DNA from: Escherichia coli
GTDB taxonomy: Bacteria > Pseudomonadota > Gammaproteobacteria > Enterobacterales > Enterobacteriaceae
Assembly: GCF_024502345.1 (NCBI RefSeq)
Contig: NZ_JALDNN010000001.1
Length of the DNA stretch: 64,000 nt
Strand: one strand, 5' to 3'
A program made the position numbers and the translations under genes. Shown piece by piece: positions 37,220 through 60,502 of this stretch (position 1 is its first letter; each line of letters opens with the position of its first letter). The notes below the pieces were generated by a model. That model was not told the origin of the DNA. It did no database searches and saw only the letters and a program-made list of their open reading frames with translations.

Positions 37220-38092
37220 TTAGCGCCCCTTCTTTTTACGCCCCGGCGAGGTAAAACGCTTACCGTTGGACGCCGGGCGACCGCCTTTTTCCGCCGTTTT
37301 TTCCATCTTAACGACTGGACGTTTGATGCCCGCCGTTTTCGGTTTAGCCTTCGCTTTAGGTTTTGCCTCGGAAGAGGAATTTTCAATGAGCTTAAAGAGG
37401 TCGATTAACTCATCGTCGGTTAAATCGCGCCACTCCCCCAGCGGAATGCCGCTTAAGCTGACGTTCATAATGCGCGTACGTTCCAGCTTTTTCACTTCAT
37501 AGCCGAAATGCTCGCACATGCGCCGGATCTGACGGTTCAGCCCCTGCACCAGGGTAATGCGGAAGACAAACGGCGCTTCTTTTTTGACTTTGCACTTTTT
37601 CGTCACCGTCCCGAGGATCGGCACCCCCGCCCCCATACCACGAATAAATTCATCGGTAATCGGTTTATCGACCGTCACCAGATACTCTTTCTCATGATCG
37701 TTACCCGCACGGAGGATCTTATTCACCAGATCGCCGTGATTGGTGAGGAAAATCAGCCCCTGGGAGTCTTTATCCAGGCGGCCAATCGGGAACACGCGTT
37801 TGCTGTGGTTAACGAAATCGACAATGTTATCGCGCTCGCCATCTTCGGTGGTGCTGACAATACCGACGGGCTTGTTCAGGGCGATAAGTACCAAATCTTC
37901 GGCTTCCCGAGGCTCAATCAACTGACCGTTTACTTTCACAATGTCGCCGGGTTTCACCTGATCGCCAATGGTGGCTCGCTTGCCATTAAGGAACACATTG
38001 CCTTGCTCGATATAGCGATCCGCTTCGCGGCGTGAGCAAATTCCGCTTTCGCTGATGTATTTATTTAAACGGACTGATGAGTCGGGCAGCAT
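37220..38092 (-). CDS. rluF: 23S rRNA pseudouridine synthase RluF
   Basis: 290 aa [56 protein letters not shown]... (S4 domain plus pseudouridine synthase). Confidence 0.9.
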   Translation of the reverse strand: MLPDSSVRLNKYISESGICSRREADRYIEQGNVFLNGKRATIGDQVKPGDIVKVNGQLIEPREAEDLVLIALNKPVGIVSTTEDGERDNIVDFVNHSKRVFPIGRLDKDSQGLIFLTNHGDLVNKILRAGNDHEKEYLVTVDKPITDEFIRGMGAGVPILGTVTKKCKVKKEAPFVFRITLVQGLNRQIRRMCEHFGYEVKKLERTRIMNVSLSGIPLGEWRDLTDDELIDLFKLIENSSSEAKPKAKAKPKTAGIKRPVVKMEKTAEKGGRPASNGKRFTSPGRKKKGR

Positions 38093-38303
38093 AAATTCTC
38101 CTGTAAAACGCGGAATATACCGTACCTTTGGGTTGATAAAAAATAGTCATGAGCGAACTATTTGTTATTTCCATTGGCTTGAATTCGTTACCTGCTCAAA
38201 TCACTTTCCAGAAGCAATGTGCGACATCGTGAGCCATGTCAGTAAGTGGTTAAATTCGCAGTGGTAGCATTCCTTCCGTGATTTCTTACTAACCGGAGAA
38301 GTA

Positions 38304-38993
38304 ATGGAACTGCTTTTATTGAGTAACTCGACGCTGCCGGGTAAAGCCTGGCTGGAACATGCACTGCCGCTAATTGCTGAACAGTTGCAGGGTCGCCGCT
38401 CAGCGGTGTTTATCCCTTTCGCTGGCGTAACGCAGACCTGGGATGATTACACAGCGAAAACGGCTGCGGTTCTTGCTCCGCTGGGTGTTTCTGTCACCGG
38501 TATTCATAGCGTTGTCGATCCCGTTGCCGCGATTGAAAATGCTGAGATCGTGATTGTCGGCGGCGGGAATACTTTCCAGTTGCTGAAACAGTGCCGCGAG
38601 CGCGGGCTGCTGGCACCAATTACTGACGTGGTTAAACGTGGCGCACTGTATATTGGCTGGAGCGCAGGCGCTAACCTTGCTTGCCCAACCATTCGTACCA
38701 CCAACGATATGCCGATTGTCGATCCGCAAGGTTTCGATGCGCTAAATCTGTTCCCGCTGCAAATCAACCCGCACTTCACCAACGCGCTGCCGGAAGGCCA
38801 TAAAGGTGAAACCCGTGAACAGCGTATTCGCGAACTGCTGGTCGTCGCGCCAGAACTCACAATTATTGGTCTACCGGAAGGTAACTGGATCACAGTGAGT
38901 AAAGGTCACGCAACGCTGGGTGGCCCGAACACCACTTATGTGTTTAAGGCTGGTGAAGAAGCGGTTCCGCTGGAAGCGGGTCACCGTTTTTAA
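38304..38993 (+). CDS. pepE: Dipeptidase E (alpha-aspartyl dipeptidase)
   Basis: 229 aa [50 protein letters not shown]... Confidence 0.95.
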
Positions 38994-39000
38994 ATGAATT

Positions 39001-39070
39001 GCCGGATGCATGATCCGGCATCTTGTTCATAGTGCCTGATGCGACGCTTTACGCGTCTTATCAGGCCTAC
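39001..39070. repeat. REP-like palindromes between pepE and yjbB
   Basis: GCCGGATGCATGATCCGGC and GCCTGATGCGACGCTTTACGCGTCTTATCAGGCCTAC. Confidence 0.7.
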
Positions 39071-39082
39071 AGGGTCACGGTA

Positions 39083-40714
39083 TTAATACTCGTCCCGTCC
39101 TTCATCTTCATCCGGCTGTTCCAGCACACTGTAAGCCACCGAACAAAACAGCGAGTTCAGACGCTGCATATCTCCCAGTAAGCCTAAATGTAGCGAACTG
39201 GTTTCAATGCTCTGCACGTTTTGCTGATGCAGGCGATCGACGTGGGCGTGGGAATAGCGGCGATTAAGAATGCGAAAGCGATGCTTGCTGCGGCGCAAAC
39301 GACGGGCGCTGGTAACATCACCAGAGAAGAAAACCGACATTGCCAGTTTTAAATTACTGAGCAATTGCTCATAGAGCGCATCCAGTTCCTTCAAGCCATC
39401 AAGCGAAAATGCCCGCCGTGCTGCCAGCGATTTATCGGCAATTTCGCTCCCCATGCGCTCGACGATATCGGAGGCCTGTTCAAGGTTGAGCGACATTTCG
39501 ATGATCTCCGCCCAGCGGCGCGACTCTTCCTCCGCCAGCTCTTCTTTTGGCATCCGCGCCAGATACAGCTTAATGGCGGTATAGAGAACGTTGATATCAT
39601 CTGCCAGCTTACGCAGCTCTTTCTCCTGCCGTGGCTCGCCGTGCATCACTTTATTCAGCCCTTCCATCATCTGTTCCATGGCGTCGCCAATGCGCAGGGT
39701 TTCGCGCGCGGCGTTCGCCAGAGCAAGCGTGGGCGTATCCAGCGCGCTGACATCCAGATGTTTGGGTCGTAGCTGGGTATCCAGTTCCGGTTCATCGCGA
39801 ATAATCGTTTTGCAAAACCGTGCCATCGGGTCAACAAATGGCAGCATGACCAGGCAACGTACAAGGTTGTAGAAGACGTGGAAATAGATCACCAGTTCCG
39901 CTTTTGGCAATGGCAACTTCCCCATTGTCTCTGCCAGCAAATGGACAAACGGCAGGATAATCAGGCTACCCACCAGCTTAAACAGCAGACTACCCAGCGC
40001 GACACGGCGGGCTGCGGCATTGGCGGCACTGTTGTTGAGCATCGCCAGCAGGCCGGAACCGAGGTTAGCACCAATCACCAGACAGAGCGCCACGGGGAAG
40101 GAGATAATGCCTGCGGCGGTCAGAGTCGCAGTCAGCAGTACAGCAGCAAGGCTGGAGTAGCTGATAATGGCGAACATCGCGCCAATCAGCGCATCCAGCA
40201 GAATATCGCCGGTCAGCGAGGCAAAGATCACCTGAACGCCGTTTGCCTGGGTGATCGGCGTTACGGCCTGCACAATCAACTCCAGCGCCAGCAAAATCAG
40301 CCCAAGACCAATACCGACGCGGCCCAGTTGCCCGGCGCGTGACTGTTTGCGTCCGAGGAAAAAAATCACGCCGATAAAAATAAGTAACGGTGACAGCCAG
40401 GATAAGTCGAAGGTGAGAATACGCGCCATTAGCGCCGTCCCGACATCTGCCCCCAGCACAATGACCAGAGCCGGTGCGAGGGCTACCAGATCCTGAGCGA
40501 CGAACGAGGTCACCAGCATGGTGGTGGCATTACTGCTCTGTACCAGTGCGGTAACGCCGATCCCCGCGCAAAAGGCGAGCGGCTTTTTTTCGACGCTCCG
40601 GCTAAGGACAGTACGCAAACGCGCGCCGAAGACGCGCATTACGCCGGTTCGAACAATATGAGTCCCCCAGACCAGCAGGGCGACGGCAGAAAGCAGGTGA
40701 AGCAGCGTTAACAC
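39083..40714 (-). CDS. yjbB: Na+/phosphate cotransporter family membrane protein YjbB
   Basis: 543 aa MLTLLHLLSAVALLVWGTHIVRTGVMRVFGARLRTVLSRSVEKKPLAFCAGIGVTALVQSSNATT... Confidence 0.9.
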   Translation of the reverse strand: MLTLLHLLSAVALLVWGTHIVRTGVMRVFGARLRTVLSRSVEKKPLAFCAGIGVTALVQSSNATTMLVTSFVAQDLVALAPALVIVLGADVGTALMARILTFDLSWLSPLLIFIGVIFFLGRKQSRAGQLGRVGIGLGLILLALELIVQAVTPITQANGVQVIFASLTGDILLDALIGAMFAIISYSSLAAVLLTATLTAAGIISFPVALCLVIGANLGSGLLAMLNNSAANAAARRVALGSLLFKLVGSLIILPFVHLLAETMGKLPLPKAELVIYFHVFYNLVRCLVMLPFVDPMARFCKTIIRDEPELDTQLRPKHLDVSALDTPTLALANAARETLRIGDAMEQMMEGLNKVMHGEPRQEKELRKLADDINVLYTAIKLYLARMPKEELAEEESRRWAEIIEMSLNLEQASDIVERMGSEIADKSLAARRAFSLDGLKELDALYEQLLSNLKLAMSVFFSGDVTSARRLRRSKHRFRILNRRYSHAHVDRLHQQNVQSIETSSLHLGLLGDMQRLNSLFCSVAYSVLEQPDEDEGRDEY

Positions 40715-40877
40715 GAGTTCAGGTTCTCCTTATCGTTATATGTTCCTGAAGCAATTGAATGACCAAAGGACCGGAAACACGCTGACTGGCATCTTTACTG
40801 TGCCTTTTGACATTCATTTTTCCGGCTAAGATTATTCCAGCCTGTTTCCAGTATAAGTGTTTCATATTAATAAAGAG

Positions 40878-40902
40878 ACAGGGCACTCATTGAGCGCCCT
40901 GT
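40878..40902 (-). terminator. Possible terminator hairpin downstream of metH
   Basis: Imperfect palindrome ACAGGGCACTCATTGAGCGCCCTGT followed on the minus strand by CTCTTTATT. Confidence 0.45.
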
Positions 40903-40933
40903 TTGTTGTAAGGAAAAGTGACAGATTTGTGAA

Positions 40934-44617
<3,684 letters not shown>

Positions 44618-44816
44618 ACTTGCTCCCGACACGCTCAACCCAGATTTAATAAAAATTCAACAAACCATACTGGCATAAACGCATCTGTGGTAAAAGCGAC
44701 CACCACGCAACATGAGATTTGTTCAACATTAACTCATCGGATCAGTTCAGCAACTATTGCATTAGCTAACAATAAAAATGAAAATGATTTCCACGATACA
44801 GAAAAAGGAGACTGTC

Positions 44817-45641
44817 ATGGTCGCACCCATTCCCGCGAAACGCGGCAGAAAACCCGCCGTTGCCACCGCACCAGCGACTGGACAGGTTCAGTCTTTAACG
44901 CGTGGCCTGAAATTACTGGAGTGGATTGCCGAATCCAATGGCAGCGTGGCACTCACAGAGCTGGCGCAACAAGCCGGGTTACCCAATTCCACGACCCACC
45001 GCCTGCTAACCACGATGCAACAGCAGGGTTTCGTGCGTCAGGTCGGCGAACTGGGACATTGGGCAATCGGCGCACATGCCTTTATGGTCGGCAGCAGCTT
45101 TCTCCAGAGCCGTAATTTGTTAGCGATTGTTCACCCTATCCTGCGCAATTTAATGGAAGAGTCTGGCGAAACGGTCAATATGGCGGTGCTTGATCAAAGC
45201 GATCACGAAGCGATTATTATCGACCAGGTACAGTGTACGCATCTGATGCGAATGTCCGCGCCTATCGGCGGTAAATTGCCGATGCACGCTTCCGGTGCGG
45301 GTAAAGCCTTTTTAGCCCAACTGAGCGAAGAACAGGTGACGAAGCTGCTGCACCGCAAAGGGTTACATGCCTATACCCACGCAACGCTGGTGTCTCCTGT
45401 GCATTTAAAAGAAGATCTCGCCCAAACGCGCAAACGGGGTTATTCATTTGACGATGAGGAACATGCACTGGGGCTACGTTGCCTTGCAGCGTGTATTTTC
45501 GATGAGCACCGTGAACCGTTTGCCGCAATTTCTATTTCCGGACCGATTTCACGTATTACCGATGACCGCGTGACCGAGTTTGGCGCGATGGTGATCAAAG
45601 CGGCGAAGGAAGTGACGCTGGCGTACGGTGGAATGCGCTGA
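44817..45641 (+). CDS. iclR: Glyoxylate shunt repressor IclR
   Basis: ATG at 44817 preceded by AAGGAG; MVAPIPAKRGRKPAVATAPATGQVQSLTRGLKLLEWIAESNGSVALTELAQQAGLPNSTTHRLL... 274 aa. Confidence 0.95.
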   Translation: MVAPIPAKRGRKPAVATAPATGQVQSLTRGLKLLEWIAESNGSVALTELAQQAGLPNSTTHRLLTTMQQQGFVRQVGELGHWAIGAHAFMVGSSFLQSRNLLAIVHPILRNLMEESGETVNMAVLDQSDHEAIIIDQVQCTHLMRMSAPIGGKLPMHASGAGKAFLAQLSEEQVTKLLHRKGLHAYTHATLVSPVHLKEDLAQTRKRGYSFDDEEHALGLRCLAACIFDEHREPFAAISISGPISRITDDRVTEFGAMVIKAAKEVTLAYGGMR

Positions 45642-45957
45642 CTTTTTCTGGCGGGCAGAGGCAATATTCTGCCCATCATACCTGAGTGGCAATAGAATAA
45701 GGGTGTCTGTTAATCGCATTGACGCCAAAATAACTTAATGTCATACACTTCACACACTTTTATTAACTCAGCATTATTTTTAAACATCAAACCACTTAAT
45801 TATTAACAAAATCGCAAGATCTCATTCCACCGAAACTTTTACGGCTGCATTATGAGATTGAGCGATTTATGATATTTCTTTAGTTGTAATCATATTAAAT
45901 TTTTTCACTGTTCTGATAGTTAAAATTTAAGACATCAATAAACAATGAGATATTTAA

Positions 45958-49847
<3,890 letters not shown>

Positions 49848-49875
49848 TTAGCGCCCTCATCAGGAGCAGAGAATT

Positions 49876-50008
49876 GCCGGATGCGGCGTAAATGCCTTAT
49901 CCGGCCTACGTTCGGCAACGGCTGTAGGCATGATAAGACGCGCAAGCGTCGCATCAGGCATCGTGCACCGATTGCCGGATGCGGCGTGAACGCCTTATCC
50001 GGCCTACA
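49876..50008. repeat. REP/BIME cluster in the aceA-aceK intergenic region
   Basis: Three REP-like palindromes (GCCGGATGCGGCGTAAATGCCTTATCCGGCCTAC ... GTAGGCATGATAAGACGCGCAAGCGTCGCATCAGGC ... GCCGGATGCGGCGTGAACGCCTTATCCGGCCTAC). Confidence 0.85.
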
Positions 50009-50029
50009 GTCAGCAACGGTTGTTGTTGC

Positions 50030-51334
50030 TTAGAACTGCGATTCTTCAGTGGAGCCGGTCAGCGCGGTGACTGAAGACGTGCCGCCCTGAATAATAGTCG
50101 TCACTTTATCGAAGTAACCTGTACCCACTTCCTGCTGGTGAGATACGAAGGTGTAGCCATCTTTCGCGGCGGCGAATTCCGGCTGCTGCACTTTCTCAAC
50201 ATAGTGCTTCATACCCTCGCCCTGGGCATAGGCGTTTGCCAGGTCAAACATGTTGAACCACATGCTGTGGATACCTGCCAGGGTGATGAACTGGAACTTG
50301 TAGCCCATATCCGACAGCTGCTGCTGGAAGCTGGCAATAGTGTTGTCGTCGAGGTTTTTCTGCCAGTTGAACGACGGCGAGCAGTTATAAGCCAGCAGTT
50401 TGCCCGGATATTTCGCGTGGATAGCTTCCGCAAAGCGACGCGCCAGTTCCAGATCCGGCGTGGAGGTTTCACACCATACCAGGTCAGCATATGGCGCATA
50501 CGCCAGGCCACGGCTGATCGCTTGCTCAATGCCCGCATGAGTACGGAAGAAGCCTTCACTGGTACGCTCGCCGGTAATAAATTCGCTGTCATACGGGTCG
50601 CAATCGGAGGTGATCAGATCCGCTGCATCGGCATCGGTACGAGCAACCAGTAGGGTTGGAACGCCCGTCACGTCAGCTGCCAGACGCGCCGCGACCAGTT
50701 TCTGAATAGCTTCTTGAGTTGGCACCAAAACTTTGCCGCCCATGTGACCACATTTCTTCACTGACGCCAGCTGATCTTCGAAGTGAACTGCCGCTGCACC
50801 GGCTTCAATCATCGCTTTCATCAGTTCAAAGGCATTCAGGACACCGCCAAAACCGGCTTCCGCATCGGCAACGATCGGCAGGAAGTAATCGACATAGCGC
50901 GGATCGCCCGGCTCAATGCCCGCGGACCATTGGATCTGATCCGCACGGCGGAAAGTATTGTTGATCCGCTCCACCACAGCTGGCACCGAGTTTGCCGGAT
51001 AGAGCGACTGATCCGGATACATGCTGGCCGCCAGGTTAGCGTCCGCCGCTACCTGCCATCCCGACAGATAGACTGCTTCAATACCCGCTTTCGCCTGTTG
51101 CAGCGCCTGACCGCCAGTCAGTGCACCGAGGCTGTTGATGTAGCCTTTTTTCGACTCGCCATGCAGCAGACGCCACATTTTCGCCGCGCCCAGTTGCGCC
51201 AGGGTGCATTCAGGATTGACTGAACCGCGTAATTTCACCACATCTTCCGCGCTGTATGGGCGAGTAATGCCTTCCCAACGCGGTTGAGTCCACTCTTTCT
51301 GTAATTCTTCAATTTGTTGTGTACGGGTTTTCAT
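50030..51334 (-). CDS. aceA: Isocitrate lyase
   Basis: Internal start gives [59 protein letters not shown]... 434 aa. Confidence 0.95.
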   Translation of the reverse strand: MKTRTQQIEELQKEWTQPRWEGITRPYSAEDVVKLRGSVNPECTLAQLGAAKMWRLLHGESKKGYINSLGALTGGQALQQAKAGIEAVYLSGWQVAADANLAASMYPDQSLYPANSVPAVVERINNTFRRADQIQWSAGIEPGDPRYVDYFLPIVADAEAGFGGVLNAFELMKAMIEAGAAAVHFEDQLASVKKCGHMGGKVLVPTQEAIQKLVAARLAADVTGVPTLLVARTDADAADLITSDCDPYDSEFITGERTSEGFFRTHAGIEQAISRGLAYAPYADLVWCETSTPDLELARRFAEAIHAKYPGKLLAYNCSPSFNWQKNLDDNTIASFQQQLSDMGYKFQFITLAGIHSMWFNMFDLANAYAQGEGMKHYVEKVQQPEFAAAKDGYTFVSHQQEVGTGYFDKVTTIIQGGTSSVTALTGSTEESQF

Positions 51335-51363
51335 GTGCAGATGCTCCATAGTTATGTGGTGGT

Positions 51364-52965
51364 TTACGCTAACAGGCGGTAGCCTGGCAGGGTCAGGAAA
51401 TCAATTAACTCATCGGAAGTGGTGATCTGTTCCATCAAGCGTGCGGCATCGTCAAAACGCCCCTGGGAGAAACGTTCTTCGCCCAGTTCGCTGGCAATGA
51501 CTTTCATCTCTTCGCCCAGCATCTGGCGGAACAAGGCTTTAGTTACCGGTTTGCCATTGCTCAACATTTTTTGATGATGGATCCACTGCCAGATTGAGGT
51601 ACGGGAAATTTCAGCCGTCGCCGCATCTTCCATCAGGCCATAAATCGGCACACAGCCGTTGCCAGAGATCCACGCTTCGATGTACTGCACGGCTACGCGA
51701 ATATTTGCGCGCATACCTTCTTCGGTGCGTTCACCGTCACAAGGTGCCAGTAGCTGATCGGCAGTAATCGGCGCGTCTTGTTCGCGCATCACTTCAAGCT
51801 GATTTTTACGGGAGCCGAGAATGTCGTTGAATACCGCCATTGCCGTATCCGCAAGGCCTGGGTGAGCGATCCATGTGCCATCGTGACCGTTATTGGCTTC
51901 CAGCGATTTATCCGCTTTTACTTTGTTGAGCACCTGGTTATTGTGCTCTTCATCTTTGCTCGGAATAAACGCCGCCATGCCGCCCATCGCAAAAGCACCG
52001 CGTTTATGGCAGGTTTTAATCAACAGGCGTGAGTAAGCATTCAGGAATGGTTTATCCATCGTCACTGCCTGTCTGTCTGGCAGGACGCGATCGGGATAGT
52101 TTTTCAACGTTTTGATATAGCTGAAGATGTAATCCCAACGACCGCAGTTCAGACCAACAATATGGTCACGCAGCACGTGAAGGATTTCATCCATCTGGAA
52201 CACGGCGGGCAGCGTTTCAATCAGCAACGTCGCCTTGATGGTGCCGCGCGGCAGATTAAAGCGATCTTCTGCATAGCTGAAGACTTCGCTCCACCAGGCC
52301 GCTTCCTGCCAGGACTGGGTTTTCGGCAGATAGAAATAGGGACCACTGCCCTTTGCCAACAGAGCCTGATAGTTGTGGAAGAAATAGAGCGCAAAATCAA
52401 ACAGGCTGCCGGGGATTGCCTCACCACGCCAGGTGACATGTTTTTCCGGCAAGTGCAGACCGCGTACCCGACAAATCAAAACCGCTGGATTGGGCTTGAG
52501 CTGGTAAATTTTGCCTGCTTCATTGGTATAGCTGATGGTACCGTTAACTGCATCACGCAGGTTAATTTGCCCGTCGATCACTTTGTTCCAGTCTGGTGCC
52601 AGTGAATCTTCGAAATCGGCCATAAAGACTTTCACATTGGCGTTCAGTGCGTTGATCACCATCTTGCGCTCAACCGGGCCAGTTATCTCGACTCGACGAT
52701 CTTGTAAGTCCGCGGGAATACCACGAATTTTCCAGTCTGTATCGCGAATGGAAGCTGTTTCCGAAATAAAATCAGGCAACGTTCCGTTATCAATATCTTG
52801 CTGCTGCTGAATGCGCGCTGCCAGAAGTTTATTGCGTTGTGCCGTAAAATGCGTCACCAGCTCAGTCAGAAATTCTACCGCTTCGGCAGTAAGAATTTGC
52901 TTCTCCTGCTCGCCATACGGCCTTATGAAAGCCAGTTCATCGGTTGTTGTCGCCTGTTCAGTCAT
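51364..52965 (-). CDS. aceB: Malate synthase A
   Basis: Internal start gives [40 protein letters not shown]... 533 aa. Confidence 0.95.
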   Translation of the reverse strand: MTEQATTTDELAFIRPYGEQEKQILTAEAVEFLTELVTHFTAQRNKLLAARIQQQQDIDNGTLPDFISETASIRDTDWKIRGIPADLQDRRVEITGPVERKMVINALNANVKVFMADFEDSLAPDWNKVIDGQINLRDAVNGTISYTNEAGKIYQLKPNPAVLICRVRGLHLPEKHVTWRGEAIPGSLFDFALYFFHNYQALLAKGSGPYFYLPKTQSWQEAAWWSEVFSYAEDRFNLPRGTIKATLLIETLPAVFQMDEILHVLRDHIVGLNCGRWDYIFSYIKTLKNYPDRVLPDRQAVTMDKPFLNAYSRLLIKTCHKRGAFAMGGMAAFIPSKDEEHNNQVLNKVKADKSLEANNGHDGTWIAHPGLADTAMAVFNDILGSRKNQLEVMREQDAPITADQLLAPCDGERTEEGMRANIRVAVQYIEAWISGNGCVPIYGLMEDAATAEISRTSIWQWIHHQKMLSNGKPVTKALFRQMLGEEMKVIASELGEERFSQGRFDDAARLMEQITTSDELIDFLTLPGYRLLA

Positions 52966-53110
52966 CGTGCAGCTCCTCGTCATGGATCCGAAAACTTCCC
53001 CACTGTGAACGAAGGATCGTTGTGCGCTTTTCGTTCAGCACAACTAAGACTACTCATTTAAAATGCAAAATCAAAAACAATTTCCATTTTAATTAAAAAT
53101 ACTTGATAAC
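52966..53110 (-). promoter_or_regulatory. aceBAK promoter region; an IclR operator is expected near the -35
   Basis: AT-rich block (minus strand AAATGGAAATTGTTTTTGATTTTGCATTTTAAATGAGTAGTCTTAGTTGTGCTGAACG) about 60-130 bp upstream of aceB; assignment from recalled aceB promoter sequence, sites not individually verified. Confidence 0.5.
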
Positions 53111-53165
53111 TTATTGATAACAATATGAATAAAATTTATTCACCTCCTGAGGTGCGTTTCGGAAA

Positions 53166-53196
53166 TAAAAAAGGCACCCGAAAGTGCCTGAGGTAA
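53166..53196 (-). terminator. Rho-independent terminator downstream of metA
   Basis: Minus strand AGGCACTTTCGGGTGCCT hairpin followed by TTTTTTATTTCC. Confidence 0.7.
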
Positions 53197-53233
53197 GGTG
53201 CTGAATCGCTTAACGATCGACTATCACAGAAGA

Positions 53234-54163
53234 TTAATCCAGCGTTGGATTCATGTGCCGTAGATCGTATGGCGTGATCTGATAGACGTAATAGTTGAGC
53301 CAGTTGGTAAACAGCAAATTACCGTGACTACGCCAGCTCGCTCGCGGTGTATTTTGCGGATCATTGTGCGGGAAATAGTTATACGGTACTTCCGGGTCTA
53401 GTCCGGCTTCCACATCGCGGAAAAATTCCTGCGCCAGCGTTTGCGCATCATATTCGGGATGGCCCGTCACAAAGGCAATGCGCTTATCTTTGCTGGCAAA
53501 CAGATATGCATCCCCTTCTTCCGTCTCTGCCAGAATTTCCAGATCGGTGTAATCACGAATCAACGCTGCCGGGAAGTCAGCATAGCGCGAATGCGGTGCC
53601 AGGAATGAATCATCAAAGCCACGCGTCAGAAGCGCATGAGGATGGAGAATGTGATGCTCGTAAACGCCAGAGAGTTTGTCGGTGCGGGTTTGCTTAGGAA
53701 TGCCGTAGAGGATATTGAGCGCGGCCTGGACCGCCCAACAGACAAACAGCGTCGAGGTGACGTGATCTTTCGACCACTCCAGCACCTGTTTGATCTGCGG
53801 CCAGTAAGCGACATCATTAAACTCCACCAGGCCCAGCGGCGCACCAGTTACAATCAAACCGTCAAAGTTCTGATCCTGAATATCTTCAAAGTTACAGTAG
53901 AAGTTATTCAGATGCTCTGCGGGCGTGTTGCGCGATTCACGGGAATCGATGCGCAACAGCTGAATATCGACCTGCAAAGGTGAGTTTGAAAGCAGGCGCA
54001 GAAACTGATTTTCAGTTTCAATCTTCTTCGGCATCAGGTTAAGGATCAGAACCTTAAGTGGACGAATTTCCTGACCAGACGCACGAGAAGTTGTCATCAC
54101 AAAAACGTTTTCTTCACGCAAGAAATTGACGGCGGGTAGCTCGTCCGGCACACGAATCGGCAT
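53234..54163 (-). CDS. metA: Homoserine O-succinyltransferase
   Basis: 309 aa [54 protein letters not shown]... Confidence 0.95.
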   Translation of the reverse strand: MPIRVPDELPAVNFLREENVFVMTTSRASGQEIRPLKVLILNLMPKKIETENQFLRLLSNSPLQVDIQLLRIDSRESRNTPAEHLNNFYCNFEDIQDQNFDGLIVTGAPLGLVEFNDVAYWPQIKQVLEWSKDHVTSTLFVCWAVQAALNILYGIPKQTRTDKLSGVYEHHILHPHALLTRGFDDSFLAPHSRYADFPAALIRDYTDLEILAETEEGDAYLFASKDKRIAFVTGHPEYDAQTLAQEFFRDVEAGLDPEVPYNYFPHNDPQNTPRASWRSHGNLLFTNWLNYYVYQITPYDLRHMNPTLD

Positions 54164-54198
54164 AACCTGATTACCTCACTACATACGCTTATACGTTT

Positions 54199-54214
54199 AG
54201 ACATCCAGATAGCT
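54199..54214. promoter_or_regulatory. Candidate tandem MetJ boxes upstream of metA
   Basis: AGACATCCAGATAGCT, two 8 bp units resembling the met box AGACGTCT, about 40 bp upstream of the metA start. Confidence 0.4.
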
Positions 54215-54319
54215 GAAGATAACCAGAAAATTTGCCAATGTCGAGCCTGCATGTTGAAGGTGAGAAAGTTTCAAGGAAAAGACTACGTTAGAATATAAGA
54301 ATGACTAAAAGGAGAGAAA

Positions 54320-54763
54320 ATGGTTATTAGTATTCGCCGCTCACGGCATGAGGAAGGGGAGGAACTCGTTGCGATTTGGTGTCGTTCTGTCGATGCCACT
54401 CACGATTTTCTATCAGCAGAGTATCGGACCGAGCTGGAGGACCTAGTTCGTTCCTTCCTGCCGGAAGCGCCGTTGTGGGTCGCGGTTAATGAGCGGGATC
54501 AGCCGGTTGGATTTATGTTGCTAAGTGGGCAGCATATGGATGCGCTGTTTATCGATCCTGATGTGCGCGGCTGCGGCGTAGGTCGGGTGCTGGTGGAGCA
54601 TGCGCTCTCGATGGCACCGGAACTGACAACCAACGTTAATGAGCAAAATGAGCAGGCGGTTGGGTTCTATAAGAAGGTGGGTTTTAAGGTTACGGGACGC
54701 TCTGAGGTGGACGATTTGGGGAAACCGTATCCGTTGCTGAATCTGGCGTATGTGGGGGAATAA
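54320..54763 (+). CDS. yjaB: GNAT-family N-acetyltransferase YjaB
   Basis: 147 aa MVISIRRSRHEEGEELVAIWCRSVDATHDFLSAEYRTELEDLVRSFLPEAPLWVAVNERDQPVGFMLL... Confidence 0.9.
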   Translation: MVISIRRSRHEEGEELVAIWCRSVDATHDFLSAEYRTELEDLVRSFLPEAPLWVAVNERDQPVGFMLLSGQHMDALFIDPDVRGCGVGRVLVEHALSMAPELTTNVNEQNEQAVGFYKKVGFKVTGRSEVDDLGKPYPLLNLAYVGE

Positions 54764-54835
54764 GCCGCCCCTGACGTGCCTGCCCAGGCTGGAGAAGACG
54801 CGCCAGCGTCGCACCCGGCATTTTTTTCACCAACG

Positions 54836-54865
54836 CAAAAAGGCCATCCTGACGGATGGCCTTTC
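54836..54865 (-). terminator. rRNA operon terminator downstream of 5S rRNA
   Basis: Minus strand AAAGGCCATCCGTCAGGATGGCCTTTTT hairpin plus T-run. Confidence 0.75.
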
Positions 54866-54875
54866 GCTTGATTTG

Positions 54876-54995
54876 ATGCCTGGCAGTTCCCTACTCTCGC
54901 ATGGGGAGACCCCACACTACCATCGGCGCTACGGCGTTTCACTTCTGAGTTCGGCATGGGGTCAGGTGGGACCACCGCGCTACGGCCGCCAGGCA
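54876..54995 (-). rRNA. rrfE: 5S ribosomal RNA
   Basis: Reverse complement is TGCCTGGCGGCCGTAGCGCGGTGGTCCCACCTGACCCCATGCCGAACTCAGAAGTGAAACGCCGTAGCGCCGATGGTAGTGTGGGGTCTCCCCATGCGAGAGTAGGGAACTGCCAGGCAT, 120 nt. Confidence 0.97.
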
Positions 54996-55087
54996 AATTC
55001 TGTTTTATCAGACCGCTTCTGCGTTCTGATTTAATCTGTATCAGGCTGAAAATCTTCTCTCATCCGCCAAAACACCTTCGGCGTTGT

Positions 55088-57990
<2,903 letters not shown>

Positions 57991-58183
57991 TCACAACCCG
58001 AAGATGTTTCTTTCGATTCATCATCGTGTTGCGAAAATTTGAGAGACTCACGAACAACTTTCGTTGTTCAGTGTTTCAATTTTCAGCTTGATCCAGATTT
58101 TTAAAGAGCAAATATCTCAAACATCACCCGAAGATGAGTTTTGAGATATCAAGGCAGGTGACTTTCACTCACAAACCAGCAAG

Positions 58184-58259
58184 TGGCGTCCCCTAGGGGA
58201 TTCGAACCCCTGTTACCGCCGTGAAAGGGCGGTGTCCTGGGCCTCTAGACGAAGGGGAC
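58184..58259 (-). tRNA. gltV: tRNA-Glu (UUC) in the 16S-23S spacer
   Basis: Reverse complement GTCCCCTTCGTCTAGAGGCCCAGGACACCGCCCTTTCACGGCGGTAACAGGGGTTCGAATCCCCTAGGGGACGCCA, 76 nt with CCA. Confidence 0.95.
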
Positions 58260-58344
58260 GTATCAGTCTGCTTCGCAAGACGCCTTGCTTTTCACTTTCT
58301 ATCAGACAATCTGTGTGAGCACTACAAAGTACGCTTCTTTAAGG

Positions 58345-59886
<1,542 letters not shown>

Positions 59887-60017
59887 AAAAGTTTGATGCT
59901 CAAAGAATTAAACTTCGTAATGAATTACGTGTTCACTCTTGAGACCTGGTATTCATTTTTCGTCTTGCGACGTTAAGAATCCGTATCTTCGAGTGCCCAC
60001 ACAGATTGTCTGATAAA

Positions 60018-60030
60018 TTGTTAAAGAGCA
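60018..60030 (-). promoter_or_regulatory. rrn leader boxA antitermination element
   Basis: Minus strand TGCTCTTTAACAA in the leader between P2 and the 16S 5' end. Confidence 0.7.
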
Positions 60031-60070
60031 GTTGCGACGCGGCTTTCAGCTCACTGTCGCGAGGTGGCGT

Positions 60071-60098
60071 ATATTACGCTTTCCTCTTTCAGAGTCAA
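60071..60098 (-). promoter_or_regulatory. rrn P2 promoter
   Basis: Minus strand TTGACT, 16 bp spacer, TAATAT. Confidence 0.65.
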
Positions 60099-60180
60099 CC
60101 CTGAATTTCAGGATTTTTCTCTTCAACCGAACCGGCTGTTTGTGTGAAGTAATTCACATCCGCCGTGTCGATGGAGGCGC

Positions 60181-60209
60181 ATTATAGGGAGTTCTCCGCA
60201 GGCCGCAAT
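60181..60209 (-). promoter_or_regulatory. rrn P1 promoter, with AT-rich UP-element-like sequence immediately upstream
   Basis: Minus strand TTGCGG, 16 bp spacer, TATAAT followed by GCGC discriminator; A/T tracts upstream. Confidence 0.65.
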
Positions 60210-60379
60210 AGAAAAATTGCAGAAAAATGACTGACTGCTGCATTCCCCAGCAAAACCCCGCTTTATACCTTTTTACGCACAGAGTTATCCACAATCATCA
60301 ATGTAATTTCTGTATTTTTCCCACGGTAACCACTGTCAAAATTGTGATCACCATTGAAAGAGAAAAATTCGCGAGCGTT

Positions 60380-60396
60380 GCGCAAACGTTTTCGTT
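60380..60396. promoter_or_regulatory. PurR operator (PUR box) upstream of purHD
   Basis: GCGCAAACGTTTTCGTT, a near-palindrome matching the PurR box consensus, about 110 bp upstream of purH. Confidence 0.7.
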
Positions 60397-60502
60397 ACAA
60401 TGCGGGCGAAAAATAAGGATGCCCCGTTAGGGGCGTTAGCTGAGTTTTTCGCGAAAAATTCAGCTAACGCTCTCTGTAATAGTCAAATCCAGGGGATTTA
60501 CC

